From Eledone cirrhosa (taxonomy: Eukaryota): a stretch of 64,000 nucleotides of DNA. Positions 13,669 through 27,118 of the stretch are shown here, piece by piece. The notes under the pieces were generated by a model. It had not been told where the DNA came from. It searched no databases and worked only from the letters and a program-made list of their open reading frames with translations. The DNA lies in assembly GCA_964016885.1 (NCBI GenBank), contig OZ024749.1, forward strand, positions 23,498,001 to 23,562,000. The letters are read 5' to 3'. Both the position numbers and the translations under genes were made by a program. Each line of letters starts with the position of its first letter. Position 1 is the first letter of the stretch.

Positions 13669-14688
13669 AGAGAACATGATATGAAGGCTAAAAAACACTT
13701 GTGGATAGTGCAGTTTTAAATCAACATATGAAAAGTGGTTTTAGATTGATGTGTGATATTGGGAAAAATATTTTATTTAGAGAGGGGGGGGTGGAAAGGA
13801 TGAAAAGGGAAGGAGATGAGAGGGAGAGATGGGTGATAGAGAGAAAGAGATAGTTTTTATAACTGAGAGGAGATATATTTTTTACATGGAGAGGTTGAAA
13901 ACCGTTGGAAGATACTGTATAAATTAAAAATTTTGAAAATTAACGAAGGGAGGATATGTGCGAGGAAAAAATATTTTATTAGGGAGGGGGGGGTGAAAAA
14001 AAGGGGGAGGAGATGAGAGTGAAGGTGGAGAGGGAGAGATGGGTGATAGAGAGAAAGAGATAGTTTTTATAACTGAGAAAAAGATATATTGTTTTAATAT
14101 AGAGAGGTTGGGAACCGTTGGAAGATAATGTATAAATTAAAGGAATTTGAAAATTAACGAAGGGAAATTATGTATGAAGATAGAGAGAAAAAAATAATAA
14201 TTGTGGGTGAATATTCTAACGTCAAAAGAAGAAATGTATGTATTGTGGCAATTTCAAAATTAGTGAAGAGAAAAATTGTTAAGGTTTGTGTGTAGAAGGA
14301 TTTGAGAAAAATAATGTGAAGTTAAAGTTTGTATATTGATTGAATTGATAGTATGTGCGAATAAAGAGTTAATATGTATTAATAATGAGTTCGTTGATGG
14401 GGAGAAAAAAAAATAAAATAAAATAAAATAAAATAATAATAAATTAAGGATGAAATTGAGATTAAAAAGATTTATGATAGAGAGAAAAAATAATAATGAT
14501 TGCGGATGAATATTCAAATGTGAAAAACAAATGTTATGATTTTACGAGAAGATAGAATGAGGGTAATGAGTAAACGAGTATTATAGAGTGTATAATGCCC
14601 TTTAAAGTAAGGTAGATGGGTATATTTTAAAGAGGTGTATGTATATGTGCCTTTGAGAAAAGATTCTAAATTGATAAAGAATTGAATA

Positions 14689-15690
14689 TTAACTGTATAC
14701 TTTGTGAAAAGTTCTATGGAATTTATGCAGGCAGATAGAAAACAAATCTGAGCGTCTATTTATTATAGAATCTAGGTTAGAGATAATGGTAAATTTTTCA
14801 TTTAGGCAGAGATTACAGATTTTAGATAGAGAGCTGTTCAAGTATGAGGATGCAGAAGAAATCTTCTTCCAAAAGATGGTATATTTAATGTTTTTGTCTT
14901 TTAAGGACCATATGAGTTCTGAGAGAGCAGTGTTAGTTCTTTTAAGTTTGTATTTGAAAGATGAATGATGATTATAGAGACGAGCTTTAAAAGAGGTGGA
15001 AGTGGAGCCAAAATAGGTGAAGGAATTGGTGCTAGTTATAATTTTACATTCATAAATTAAGTTTTTATCGAGGCAATGGTTGTTGAGAGGACATTTATTT
15101 TTAATGCGGCAGTTGCAATTAGAGAGATTATTAATGAGTGAACTAGTGTTATCTATAGAAGGAATTGGATTGGAGAAGTTGTTTGCGATAGGAATAATAG
15201 GAATAATAGTTTCTTGATTTAGAGTTGGATTATGAACATTTAGCGAAGTTGTGTTTGACGTTGTATTTGGGTTTACAGAAGTTAGCCTAGGGTTTACAAT
15301 GACGTCGGGAGTACTATTACTGTTATTATGAAATTCAATATTGGAAGGAAGAGATTTAGTATTTAATATTTTGTTGTTGTGTTTAGAGATGATCTTGGAA
15401 ATATTGGAGGATGTAGAATACGAAAATTTGATGGTGTGTTTGTTAAATATGTTACTATAGATATGTGAGGGAGGGAAGCATTTATTTAAGGCACTAAAAC
15501 ATAATTTAGGAATATTGTTATTAATAGAGATGGAGAAAGGAGCATTATACCAGATTATGTTTTTGTATCTAGGTCTTTTATTAAAATTATTGGAATGGTC
15601 ATGATTAATTATTCTACCGTAAGTTTTTCTAGAATTTGTTTGTTTATTATATTTGATTTTATCTGGATAACCGGCTTTAAAAAGTGCGTT
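14689..15690 (-). pseudogene. PLE linker + GIY-YIG endonuclease fragment
   Basis: KNIIWYNAPFS, NKHTIKFSYS, CNCRIKNKCPLNNHC, NLIY...YFGSTSTSFKARLYNH, CNLC...CLH. Confidence 0.88.
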
Positions 15691-16528
15691 ATTATAGTAA
15701 TTATAGTAATTATAGTAATTATAGTAATTATAAATCTTTTTAATCTCAATTTCATCCTTAATTTATTATTATTTATTTTTTATTTTTTTTTTTTCTCCCC
15801 ATCAACGAACTCATTATTAATACATATTAACTCTTTATTCGCACATACTATCAATTCAATCAATATACAAACTTTAACTCACATTATTTTTCTCAAATCC
15901 TTCTACACACAAACCTTAACAATTTTTCTCTTCGCTAATTTTGAAATTGCCACAATACATACATTTCTTCTTTTAACGTTAGAATATTCACCCACAATTA
16001 TTATTTTTTTCTCTCTATCTTCATACATAATTTCCTTTCGTTAATTTTCAAATTCCTTTAATTTATACATTATCTTCCAACGGTTCCCAACCTCTCTATA
16101 TTAAAACAATATATCTTTTTCTCAGTTATAAAAACTATCTCTTTCTCTCTATCACCCATCTCTCCCTCTCCACCTTCACTCTCATCTCCTCCCCCTTTTT
16201 TTCACCCCCCCCCCCTAATAAAATATTTTTTCCTCGCACATATCCTCCCTTCGTTAATTCTCAAAATTTTTAATTTATACAGTATCTTCCAACGGTTTTC
16301 AACCTCTCTATGTAAAAAATATATCTCCTCTCAGTTATAAAAACTATCTCTTTCTCTCTATCACCCATCTCTCCCTCTCATCTCCTTCCCTTTTCATCCT
16401 TTCCACCACCCCCTCTCTAAATAAAATATTTTTCCCAATATCACACATCAATCTAAAACCACTTTTCATATGTTGATTTAAAACTGCACTATCCACAAGT
16501 GTTTTTTAGCCTTCATATCATGTTCTCC

Positions 16529-16599
16529 TGTTTTATCTGATGAAAACACAAATATTATTGCTTGATGATGTTTGTTTTTGAAATGCGCATAATAAAATA
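16529..16599 (+). ncRNA. Type I hammerhead ribozyme (inverted arm of second PLE)
   Basis: Reverse-complement copy of 13598-13668. Confidence 0.82.
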
Positions 16600-16813
16600 T
16601 ATGGAACTCCTTTAACCATCTTTTGATCTTATATTATGCATACTCCAGTCCCACAAACTGTAGAGTGCTTCTTATCCGATATCTGCATTGCTTTATTGTA
16701 CTACAATAAAACTCACCTCCAGTCCCCGCTAGCTGTTCCATCTACCGAATTATCATTATTTTTATATGAGTCCCCAGTGTCCGCGCATTGCCTGGAGACT
16801 TAGCTGAGAATAG

Positions 16814-16895
16814 ACTCCCTGATGACGCAATGAATTCTCGACGGTTATATTACGTAACTGTCTATATCCCATTGCAGAAACTAATTAGTTGGAGT
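16814..16895 (+). ncRNA. Type I hammerhead, family A
   Basis: actcc-CTGATGA-cgcaatg...cattgca-GAAA-ctaattag-TT-ggagt. Confidence 0.82.
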
Positions 16896-17357
16896 GAACA
16901 TTTTAGTAAGTAAGTTAATTTTTTTAATTTTTTTAAAATTTTCTTTTTTCACGTCTTTTATATTATTGTTCTGCATCCTCCTGCATTGAACCACCTAGGT
17001 ACTATGACATAACGTATGTATTTGCTAGCATTAGCGTACATCTGTACGCATATGTTAGTAGATATACTAAATTTTCTATATTTATCTCCAAATTATTTAT
17101 TTGTTGAGCAAACCTGCCAAAACCACTACTAACTTATTGGTGTGGTAGTAGGCTTCTGTCATCTTACCATCCCACTCCTTCCGACTAGCCTCAGCGTCAC
17201 GTGATTGATTCTTTAGAATCCGCCATTTGACCAGAGACAGCGAGCTTTTCAGTGCATGGAATCCAGTCCCCGCTAGCTATTCCATCTACCGAATTATTAT
17301 TATTTTTATATGAGTCCCCAGTGTCCGCGCATTGCCTGGAGACTTAGCTGAGAATAG

Positions 17358-17439
17358 ACTCCCTGATGACGCAATGAATTCTCGACGGTTATATTACGTA
17401 ACTGTCTATATCCCATTGCAGAAACTAATTAGTTGGAGT
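17358..17439 (+). ncRNA. Type I hammerhead, family A (second monomer)
   Basis: Same motif 544 bp downstream of 16814. Confidence 0.82.
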
Positions 17440-17618
17440 GAACATTTTAGTAAGTAAGTTAATTTTTAAAAAATTTTAAAAAAATTTTCTTATTTTACGT
17501 ATTTTATATTATTGTTCTGCATCCTCTTGCATTGAACCACCTAGGTACTATGACATAACTTATGTATTTGCTAGCATTAGCGTACATCTGTACGCATATG
17601 TTAGTAGATATACTAAAT

Positions 17619-17656
<38 letters not shown>

Positions 17657-17657
17657 C

Positions 17658-17845
17658 AGGAAAATGTTTAACCCCGACGGCAGAGCTCAAGCCGTTTCGA
17701 CGGCTATTTCTGTACGGAAATAGTCGTCGAAACTGTTTGAGCTTTGCCGGCGTGGTTAAACATTTTCCTATTACCCACTCTACTACCCTAAGTATTGAGT
17801 TCTCTGGTGCGTTATGGTCCATCTGGTTCCTTACCACACTTTCTT
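17658..17845. mobile_element. Fold-back fragment of family C
   Basis: ~50-bp-arm palindrome centred at ~17713, followed by the family tail tattgagt.ctctggtgcgttatggtccatctggttccttaccac. Confidence 0.7.
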
Positions 17846-18413
17846 CGTTGTATATATATATATATTATTATCATTTACAGATGTCCCTCTGTGTTTAATG
17901 TAAAAACATGTTCATTAGTATATGTGTTGTTATTTCTGTTTACATTTTACATACATATATATATATCAATGTTTACGTGGACCTCTCAAAATTCGTTGGA
18001 TTTTCTAATTGGATTTTCACACCGAAACTGGATACCAACCCTGAGTACACCTGAACTTCCACCAGGAAATCTTTCGTACCATTGAAATGTTCATCATTGA
18101 AATGTTGTTTGCTTATTATATATTATATATACTTGTCCGCCATTGCAAAAGGCCATAAATTCAAAATTTTGAAGAGAGGAAAAGAGACAAGTGAACTATG
18201 AACTTGTACATCTCACTGACCTCCGCCACCACAATAACAATAACGTCTACACTGGCTCCCCACCATCACCACCATCACCATACTGACACCATCCACCACC
18301 ATTACCAGCGTAAAGCAAACAATTATTATTATTATTTTATAAAAACTGAACTGGAGTGGGAAAAGTCAACAGTTGACATGATTTTGATTGTGTATTTGTA
18401 TCAGTACTGCCGG

Positions 18414-18499
<86 letters not shown>

Positions 18500-18644
18500 A
18501 TGAGTGGTGTGTGTGTTTGTATGCATGAATGAGTGTTGGGATGTGAGTAGCGTGTGTGTGTTTGTGGTTTGTATGCATGAGTGTTGGTGTGTGAGTGTGT
18601 GTGTGAGTGTGTGCGTCGTATCAATAAGTGTTTTTTTTTTTTTA

Positions 18645-21600
18645 GACATCCTCTCTAGTGCTGGTGGCACAAATAAAAGCACCCAGTCCATGCTGTAAAG
18701 TGGCGCTGGTGTTAGGAAGGGCATCCAACCAGTGTATCCACACCAAAACGCTTATCAGCACAGCAACAAATAGGAACACAACAACATATGAAGACGTCGC
18801 ATCTCAGAGTTGCAACACTTAATGTTGGCACTCTCAGAGGTAGATCAGCTGAAATAGCGGAGATGCTGGAGAGAAGGCAGGTGGATGTGTGCTGCATGCA
18901 AGAGGTGAGATGGAGAGGTGCCCCTGCGAGACTAGTCGTAGGCAAACGTCTTAGCTCTAAGCTATTCTGGTTAGGTAAGGATGATGGGTTAGGGGGAGTA
19001 GACATTTTCCTGGTTGAGAAATGGATCAATAAGACAATAGAGGTAGTTCGAGTCAGTAATCGAATAATTAAGCTTAGATTAGTTGTAGGCAGGAGACTAC
19101 TGACAATCATCTCGGCCTATGCTCCTCAAGCAGGCCTAGGCAAAGATGAGAAAGACTGCTTTTACGAGCAACTTTTACAAACAACCGCAATGACAGAGGA
19201 CGGAGACATCGTTATGCTAGCAGGACACTTCAATGGTCATGTTGGACAACTCCAGGATGGTTACACTGGGGTACATGGTGGGCACGGTTACGGCTCAAGA
19301 AATGAAGAAGGAGTGAGACTTCTTGAATTTTGTGATGCAGGTACATTGACTATTTGCAACACAAACTTCCAGAAACCTGCCAATCACCTAATAACCTACA
19401 AATCTGGTGAGCACATAAGCCAGATTGACTTCTTACTAGTTAGGCAGCGGGACAGGCAGATAGTGTCTAATACCAAGGCATACCCTGGGGAAGAATGTAC
19501 CCCACAGCATAGGTTAGTTGTTAGTGATATCTCAGTAAGCAAGAGATGGAATGAGACATATAGGAAGGTATGGAGAATAAAGGTCTGGAAGCTAAAAGAC
19601 CTTTCACTAAAATACAAATTTAGGAAAGCCCTTCAAGATGTATATGACGAACAAGAAGACGATTTAGAGACGTATGACAGATAATAACTGGAATTTCTTA
19701 CGTGACAACTTGCTGCAGGCTACTGATGAAACTTGTGGCTGGAGCAGAGCTCCAACCAGACAGAGAGTAACCTGGTGGTGGAACAGCACAGTAGATAAGG
19801 CCATTAGAGACAAAGGACTAACATGGAAGGCTTGGAAAAAGGGTGGGAGTAGGGATGAATATACAGCCACTAGGAGAGAAGCTAGACGCCAGGTGTACTT
19901 AGCACGCAGGGAGGCGGAGAGTAGGAGGTTTGCCAATGTTCTGCGACGGGAAGATCAGAGGCGTGCGGTGTTCCACATTGCAAGGCGGTGTATCAATGCA
20001 AATCAGGATGTTGTTGGAGATAAATGTGTCCGGGATGATGCCGGTGTCACGAATGATCAGAAAAAGGAGGCCTGGAAATGTCATTATGAGAGACTGATGA
20101 ATGTGGAGAACGAATTTGAGAGAGAGAAATTACCCTTAGTAGATCCGACATAGGGACCAGCTATTGAGATTGACGAATATAGGGTCCAAGAGGCGATTAG
20201 GGAAATGAAAAATGGTACGGCTGCTGGACCATCGGGAATAGTTGCTGAGATACTGAAGGCATCAGGGTACGTAGGCACTAAACTGGTTGCACGCATCATC
20301 AATCAGGCTATATATGGTGGTGCCATACCCAAAGACTGGTGCAGCAGTATTCTCATAAATTGCTACAAAGGTAAAGGGGATGCTCTGGAGAGGAGCAATT
20401 ATAGGGGTATACAACTGATAGATCAGGTTATGAAAGTGGCAGAAAGGATATTAGCACAACTAATTAGAGAAAGGGTCAAACTAGATGAGATGCATTTTGG
20501 TTTTGTGCCTGGGAAGAGTAAAACAGATGCCCTCTTCTTGGTGAGACAATTGCAAGAGAGGTTCTTAGAGAAAAATAAGCCACTATACTTAGATTTTGTT
20601 GACCTAGAGAAGGCCTTTGATAGGGTAACCCGATCAGTCATCTGGTGGTCCCTAAGGAAGCTAGGTGTTGAGGAATGGCTTGTGAGGACAGTGCAAACTT
20701 TGTACAGAGGTACTCTCAGTAAAATCAGGGTAGGAATGGAGTTTAGTGAGGAATTCCAGATACAAGTAGGAGTACATCAGGGTTCGGTCCTCAGCCCGCT
20801 CTTGTTCATTATAGTCTTCCAAGCCATAACAGAGGAGTTTAAGATTGACTGCCCATGGGAACTTCTCTATGCTGACGATCTGGTTCTTATAGCAGAATCA
20901 GTAGAGGAGCTAGAGAATAAATTCTGCCTATGGAAACAGCAGTTGGAAGCAAGAGGACTGAGAGTGAACCTAGCTAAGACAAAAGTGTTGATGAGTAGAA
21001 AAGAGGACAAAACCCTGGTTCCGACAGGGAAATGGCCATGTTCGATATGCAGAAAAGGAACTGGCATAAATTCTATAAAATGCACACAATGCAGATCCTG
21101 GGTACACAAGAGATGTAGCGGGATAGCAGGCAAACTAACAGGTAGGGAGAAATATGTATGCAGTAGATGTACAGGGAAATTAGACAGTAGAAGTCGCATT
21201 GATAGACACAGTTTTCAAATGCAGGAGGGCGCTATAGAAATGGCGGATAGCTTCCGGTACCTAGGAGATCAGATTAGCATGGGAGGAGGGTGTTCAGAGG
21301 CCATAGTATCTAGAATAAGGACGGGTTGGAAGAAGTTTAGGGAGCTGCTTCCTCTGTTGACGAAGAAGTGTTTCTCCCTGCTTACGAAAGGCCGTTTGTA
21401 TGATGCCTGTGTGAGGAGCGCGATGCTGCATGGTAGTGAGACATGGGCAGCAACTGCAGAGGATATGCGACGGCTGGAGAGAAATGAGGCAAGCATGCTC
21501 CGTTGGATGTGCAGTGTAAATGTGCGTGAACGACCCAGCATAAATGTGTTGAGAGAGAAACTGTGTCTGAGAGGGATAGAATGTAGTGTACAGGAGAGGA

Positions 21601-21860
21601 GACTGATGTGGTATGGACATGTGATGCGCATGGAGGATCACCGATGGGTGAAGAAGTGCGAGGAAATGCCAGTCGAATGAAGACGTGGTAGAGGTATACC
21701 ACGAAAAACATGGGCGGAGGTGCTGAGAACAGACCTCAAATCATTGAAGCTCACGGTGGAGATGCTGAAGGCCCGTGACGAGTGGAGAGATGGTATGCTG
21801 AATAAGTCCCGTCCCACCCTTGCAAGCAGGGAAAAGCGGACGTAAAATGATGATGATGAT
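18645..21860 (+). mobile_element. RTE-clade LINE, near full length
   Basis: APE + RT coding region; 5' gttaggaagggcatcc motif; 3' end ...gaaaagcggacgtaaaa(TGA)n tail. Confidence 0.9.
18788..21845 (+). pseudogene. RTE ORF: AP endonuclease + RT + PHD-like Cys cluster; frameshift ~19680, stops at 20151 and 21678
   Basis: ATLNVGTL, CMQEVRW, ISAYAPQ, HFNGHVG, SQIDFLL, QHRLV; FVDLEKAFDRV, GVHQGSVLSPLLF, LLYADDLVL; CSIC...CTQCRSWVHKRC...CSRC. Confidence 0.93.
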
Positions 21861-21982
21861 ATATGAACTTCCAAGTTATGTGTTGATCGCCCATTTCTTT
21901 CGTTCGCATCAATCTGTCTACACACACACTCACACACATGCACACACTCACACACACTCACCCATACGCCAATGTATATAAT

Positions 21983-22162
21983 TGTTTCTACTTTTGGCAC
22001 AAGGCCAGCAATTACTCAGTACATTACTGGTACTTTATTTTATCGACCCCATAAGGATGAAAGGCAAAGTTAACCTCGGCGGGATTTGAACTCAGAATGC
22101 AAAGGGCCGTAACTCTATGCGTCAAAGCATGGCGTCCAACCCTCTACCGATACTGCCAATTC
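21983..22162 (-). mobile_element. tRNA/Deu(Nin)-type SINE
   Basis: Same head, core and tail as 925-1105. Confidence 0.85.
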
Positions 22163-22164
22163 TG

Positions 22165-22380
22165 ACCTATTATTTGACGGGCATTTACACTGTGCCCCCA
22201 AGTCAGCATGAGTGCTTTCATCTCCGCCTTCTTCTGCATGAAGTTGTAGGCCCACAAAGTTTTCAGGACCTCAAAACTGTTGATGGAGAAATGTGTGATA
22301 CGTACCGGGAAGCCTGCTTTAAGCGTGGTCTTTTGGAAGATGATTCGCAATGGGATTCCACTTTAGCAGAGGGTGAATGT
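22165..22380 (+). pseudogene. Isolated Helitron RepHel fragment from a different family
   Basis: IYTVPPSQHECFHLRLLLHEVVGPQSFQDLKTVDGEMCDTYREACFKRGLLEDD aligns with VYTVHPNNAECFYLRLLLINVRGPTPFQELRTVNGQVCATYREACQKLNLLEND at ~11465-11625. Confidence 0.85.
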
Positions 22381-22515
22381 ATATAATATTTCCAAGAAAG
22401 ACTACATTTTCGAAAAGGAGTAAAACTCAACTATTCTAATGAAGATAAAAATGATTTATTATGTTATTTTGATTAATAGAAAAAGAACAAGAACAAAGAC
22501 GAAAATAATAACACC

Positions 22516-23915
22516 AATAATAATGATTTCATTTATTAGCCACAAGGGCCGACATGTAGGGGACAATAAAAAGACAGGGACAGTGCGGGTTTACAATAAT
22601 GTCGAGTAAATGTGCATAATGTCAAGACTAATTTAACAATGAAGATATAAAAATATTAAATAAACTATGCATAAATATAACAAAATAAATTCCCCTATAG
22701 GGGTGGACGACCCAGGCGTGACTCAGGTACCCCACCAATCCTGAACCACCCTGAGCTTCTAGGGCACACAGGGAGAGTACCCCTCTCCTCAAGTTAGCTA
22801 GCCTATAGGCGCATGGTCAGAGTAGGCCCATTCACACGGGCCATTCTTGCTACATTCATCCACCGTTTAGCAAATGTACTGGGGGGCAGCACTTCTCTCT
22901 CCACCCCGACCTTCCTTTCCAGGTGAAACTTGAAGAAGTTGAAGAGGGAGTGGCCAAAGAGAAAAGTGTCTGTCTTCAGTCCTTTTAATCTGGTCCACCT
23001 TATAACCTCTTTCGCAACGGCCACCAGACAGAGGAAAATTGCCTGCTCTTCCTCACCTAAGGAAAGCGGCGGGTGGATCTTCACTATGGACTCGGCCGAT
23101 AGCCGGATCCGTTCCACACGCGACAGTAGCTGTTCGAAATAACTTCGAAATAACAGCTGTGGAAAGGCCCGTCTGATAAACGGTGACCACCCCTGTTCAC
23201 CGTTTAGGCAGAATATCTGGAGATGTCGGAGCCTCAGCGCATGTCTGTGCATCATTAGCCACGGCATTCCCAGCCCTCCGCGTAGAGGGTGCTGGCAGCA
23301 GATGGACCGCCAACCCACGGAACTTTTACTTTCCACAAGAATTTGAAAAGGAGCCGTTCCAACTTGACGAGGCGCGGACGAGGGAAAGGCACGACGGTCA
23401 GGCGGTAGTTGATAACGGACCGAATGTACGCACTCGGCACCTCCGCGCGACCTTGAGGACAAACTCCAGATACCGGTCGTCGACCCTATCGAATGCTTTC
23501 CATTGATCTAAATTTATCAGTGCCCCACCGAAGCCAGGTTTACACCCTACCCTCTCTATGATGTATCGCATGAGGTGGAGATTGTCGTGTATGGACCTGG
23601 CTGGGATTGCACAAGTTTGCGCCTCCCCAACCAAATCCTCAACGACAAGCACCAATCTCTTTGCTAACACATTGGCCAAAATATTAAACTCTGTGTTGAG
23701 CAGTGTTATGGGCCTGAAGTTGTCTAATGTATCCCTCTTGTTCTCGACTTTCCTTAGCAGCGTCACCACTCCCCTGCTCACAGAACTGGGAATACTGTAA
23801 TTCTGCTGCCAGTTGCAGTAGAGTGCTTCGAGGAGATCGGTGAACAAGTCTGGCATATTTATGTAAAGCTCGTAGGGCAGGCCATCCAAACCGGGTGACT
23901 TGCACCTCATGCAGC
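22516..23915 (-). mobile_element. Tx1/L1-group LINE 3' fragment with internal deletion of the RT core
   Basis: KSPGLDGLPYELY, NFRPITLLNTEFNILANVL, RSIHDNL, LINLDQWKAFDRVD joined directly to C-terminal sequence; 3' AATAAA and (ATT)n tail. Confidence 0.85.
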
Positions 23916-24044
23916 CGACAAGTGCGTAATAATGAAAATATATATTTTATTCGGCACAACTGTCAAATACTTAGGTGCAAAAACATCAACAGCAACAACA
24001 GTGGAACCAATAATAACAATGACAACATCAACAATAATAAAAAT

Positions 24045-24482
24045 GGTTTCTGATTTAGGTACAACGCCAGCAATTTGGGCGGAGTGGAAAATTGAATAAA
24101 TCGATCCCATTATTGGTACTTATATTATCGACCCCTTAATGACGAAAGGCAAAGCTAACCTCGGCAGGATTTGATCTTATAATGTAAAGGACAGTACATG
24201 ATGACAGTACAGAATGTAAAGGACGCTCTCTTGATACATCATGTCAAGGACGCTCTCTTGATACTATTAATACATCATGTCAATAATAATAATTGTTTCT
24301 ACTATTGGCACAAGGCCAGCAATTAATCCAGTGCATGACTGGTACTTTATTTTATCGTCGCCGTAAGGATGAAAGGCAAAGTTAACCTCGGCAGGATTTG
24401 AACTCAGAATGGCAAGGGGCGTAACTCTGTGCTGAAAAGCATGGCGTCCGACCCTCTAACGATACAGCCAATTCACCGCCTT
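24045..24482 (-). mobile_element. Two tandem tRNA/Deu(Nin)-type SINEs
   Basis: Core gatgaaaggcaaagttaacctcggcaggatttgaactcag (+ strand); head ends ...ttcaccgcc. Confidence 0.82.
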
Positions 24483-24699
24483 TGTCAATAATAATAATGA
24501 GGAATGATATAATAATCAATATGAATCTCAATTACTGGCCACGTGAAAGACATTGGGGATACTAACTGGACGAAACAATATTTCATTGAGTAAAAGGTTA
24601 AGGAAATCAGCGAAGTTAAAATAGTAGATATAACAAACATTAAAACAATAATAACTATTTATGGTAAAAATAGAACGCAATAACGAATTTCAAATTTGA

Positions 24700-25080
24700 C
24701 CTGGGTCCCTAATAGTGCGAGGGATTACACTTCATAGCATTTCGAGGGAAAACCTCATGCAAAAACCCGGATTGGTCTATCGATTAACGGACATTGAACA
24801 TAACATACCCAGCTTCCTTTCATTCTGCATAATGTCAGTGTAGTCCCATCCAACCTCTTGAATCTCAGTACTCTCAACTATCATGAACCAAACGAGGTCA
24901 TATCCCCTTCACTACACCCGATTCCCCTTTAAAGTGAAACTTAAGACGAAGTTGATGAGGGCATGATCGGAGTGTAATATTCCTGACTTCAAATGTGTTA
25001 GAGGAATCTATCATAGAATTCCCTTCAACATTTTTACCAAGCAGAATAAGAATGGACGGGCTTCGTTTCTACAAAAATCT
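24700..25080 (-). mobile_element. Degenerate 3' relic similar to the Tx1-like LINE
   Basis: gtgaaacttaagacgaagttgatgaggg (24933) resembles gtgaaacttgaagaagttgaagaggg (22923). Confidence 0.4.
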
Positions 25081-25682
25081 AACTGTTCAATCCCAATTCA
25101 ACTGGTAAAATATTTAATCGATCTCAGCTAGATTTAACGTCAAAAGGTAAACAGACAGAGCAGATTCTGCTAATCATTTGTTCGGTGCTCTGTGGTTTCT
25201 ATCAATACAACGCCTTTGTTACAGAAGTGAATTATACAACAACCAAAGCATCTTCCAAGTAAATAATCTAATAACAAAATAGCAGCCACAGAAAAATATT
25301 GCATAGCTTTAAGCCGCATTGAGTTACATTAAAAGGAATCTTACATGTGTTCAACCTTCGAAACGAAGAATTACATAGAACTGTATAAAATAATATTACA
25401 ATGATGGACACTTTACAATAATTATTCAATTTAATTCTTCAAATCTCTTTTAATACTCAGTTAAATTTTATTTCCTTGAAAATGCATCTATTGAATGGAA
25501 ATACGAAGATCAATACCATCACATTCAAAGGAATGATTGATATATATATATTTAGCCAGCATGGTAGTTTGTAAAGAAGGTGTGTATTATTGATTCAGAC
25601 AAACCTAGAGAAGATTATAAAATCCCAAGCAAATAATGTGTAAAAGACAATCGAAATAAATTATATAATTATATATGTAATG

Positions 25683-26845
25683 TCATGGAGCGAGTTGTGA
25701 GAAAGAAACTGATCACTTTCCTCGAGGAAAATGACCGCCTGACTAACACGCAGCATGGCATTCGCCCAGGAAGGCACAGCTTACACAGCTGCTACATCAC
25801 TCCGACTGGGTATTGAAACAACTGCTAGACAGCTCACATGTGGACATGATATATCTTGACTTTGCGAAGGCCTTTGACAAGGTCGACAAAGGGATGATAT
25901 GTCACAAACTACACGGACTCAGCATAACTGGAAAGGTAGGTGAGTGGCTGCATGACTTCTTAAAGGACAGAAGCTTAATGCTGGCAAATTCCAAGCCCTA
26001 CAATACAAACCTGCAAACACAAATACAGTACAACACAGTTGCGCAGGACCAGGAGGGACCGTTATCCCCGTGTCAAAATCGATACGAGACCTGGGTATAG
26101 ACATGAGCGATGATGCATCTTTTTCCTCACACATCATGAAAGTAGATACAATGTGCAGACGACTCGCTGGCTTGATCTTGAGAACTTTCTGGACAAGAGA
26201 CCGTGACAACATGTTGACACTATGGAGGACATTTGTCATAAGCCGCCTGGACTATTGCTCCCAGTTGTGGTCACCCCATAGTGTCAAACTAACCACGGAG
26301 CTTGAAGCAATCCACCAAAGCTACACCAAGAGGATTGCCACGATGAAGGAGATAAGCTACTGGGAGAGGCTAAAAGAACTGGACCTCTACTCCTTGGAAC
26401 GAAGACGTGAGAGATACGCAGTGATCTACATGTGGAAAATCCTGGAGGAACTAGCATCAAACTTTGGCATTGGGAGCTGGACCAACTGTCGAACAGGACG
26501 TCACTGTGTGGTGCCAAAGGTCCCGTCTTCCATATCTAGAATAAGGAGCAGATACTGTAATAGCCTGGGATTCAAGGGCCCTCAACTCTTCAACAAGCTG
26601 CCGAGGGATCTGAGAGATCTGCATGGTGTGGAGGTGGATGTCTTCAAGAAACATCTCGACACCTTGCTATCCAGGATCCAGGATGAGCCCACAACAAGGC
26701 ATGAGGGAAACCTAAGGGCAGCAGCAACAAACTCCCTATAACACCAGTGGCAATCAATACGGCTGGAGATAAAATGTGTAGCAACAAGGGCGGTGCCCCA
26801 GCATGGTCTCGGTCGGATAGCTGGAAGGGGTAAAAGGGTCAAAGA
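25683..26845 (+). mobile_element. CR1-group LINE 3' fragment (partial RT, internally deleted)
   Basis: QHGIRPGR, VDMIYLDFAKAFDKVD, RDLGI, SRLDYCSQLWSP, SYWERLKELDLYSLERRRERY. Confidence 0.85.
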
Positions 26846-26857
26846 GTATATATATAT

Positions 26858-27018
26858 AACGGGGGAATTGTGGTAAGGAACCAGATGGACCATAACGCAC
26901 CAGAGTACTCAATACATAGGGTAGTAGAGCGGGTATTCGACAGCTATTTTTTACTTTAGTCCAGAAATAGCCGTCGAAACAGCTTGAGCTCTGCCGTCGG
27001 GGTCATACTTTCTCCTAT
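26858..27018. mobile_element. Fold-back fragment of family C
   Basis: Same sequence and inversion point as 7157-7336. Confidence 0.7.
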
Positions 27019-27118
27019 ATATATATATATATACATCCATATAGGTATATATACATATTTATATACATATATACGCATATAGACATACACCTACACACAT
27101 ACACCGCCACCATTTATA

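Larger units (their letters stand above)
13561..16715 (-). mobile_element. 5'-truncated PLE with ~910-bp inverted repeat of its 3' region (13561-14475 / 15730-16636)
   Basis: Long inverted repeat, minus-strand linker + GIY-YIG between the arms, one HHR in each arm, (ATAGTAATT)n filler at the inversion junction. Confidence 0.9.
16719..17620 (+). mobile_element. Retrozyme-like family A: ~1.7 tandem copies of a 544-bp ORF-less monomer, one HHR per monomer
   Basis: 544-bp period (16719/17263; 16814/17358); related array at 44055-46280. Confidence 0.8.

Noticed and set aside
18645-18760. HDV-like or twister ribozyme at the RTE 5' end
   Set aside because: Such ribozymes are known in some RTEs, but I could not construct the required pseudoknots from this sequence
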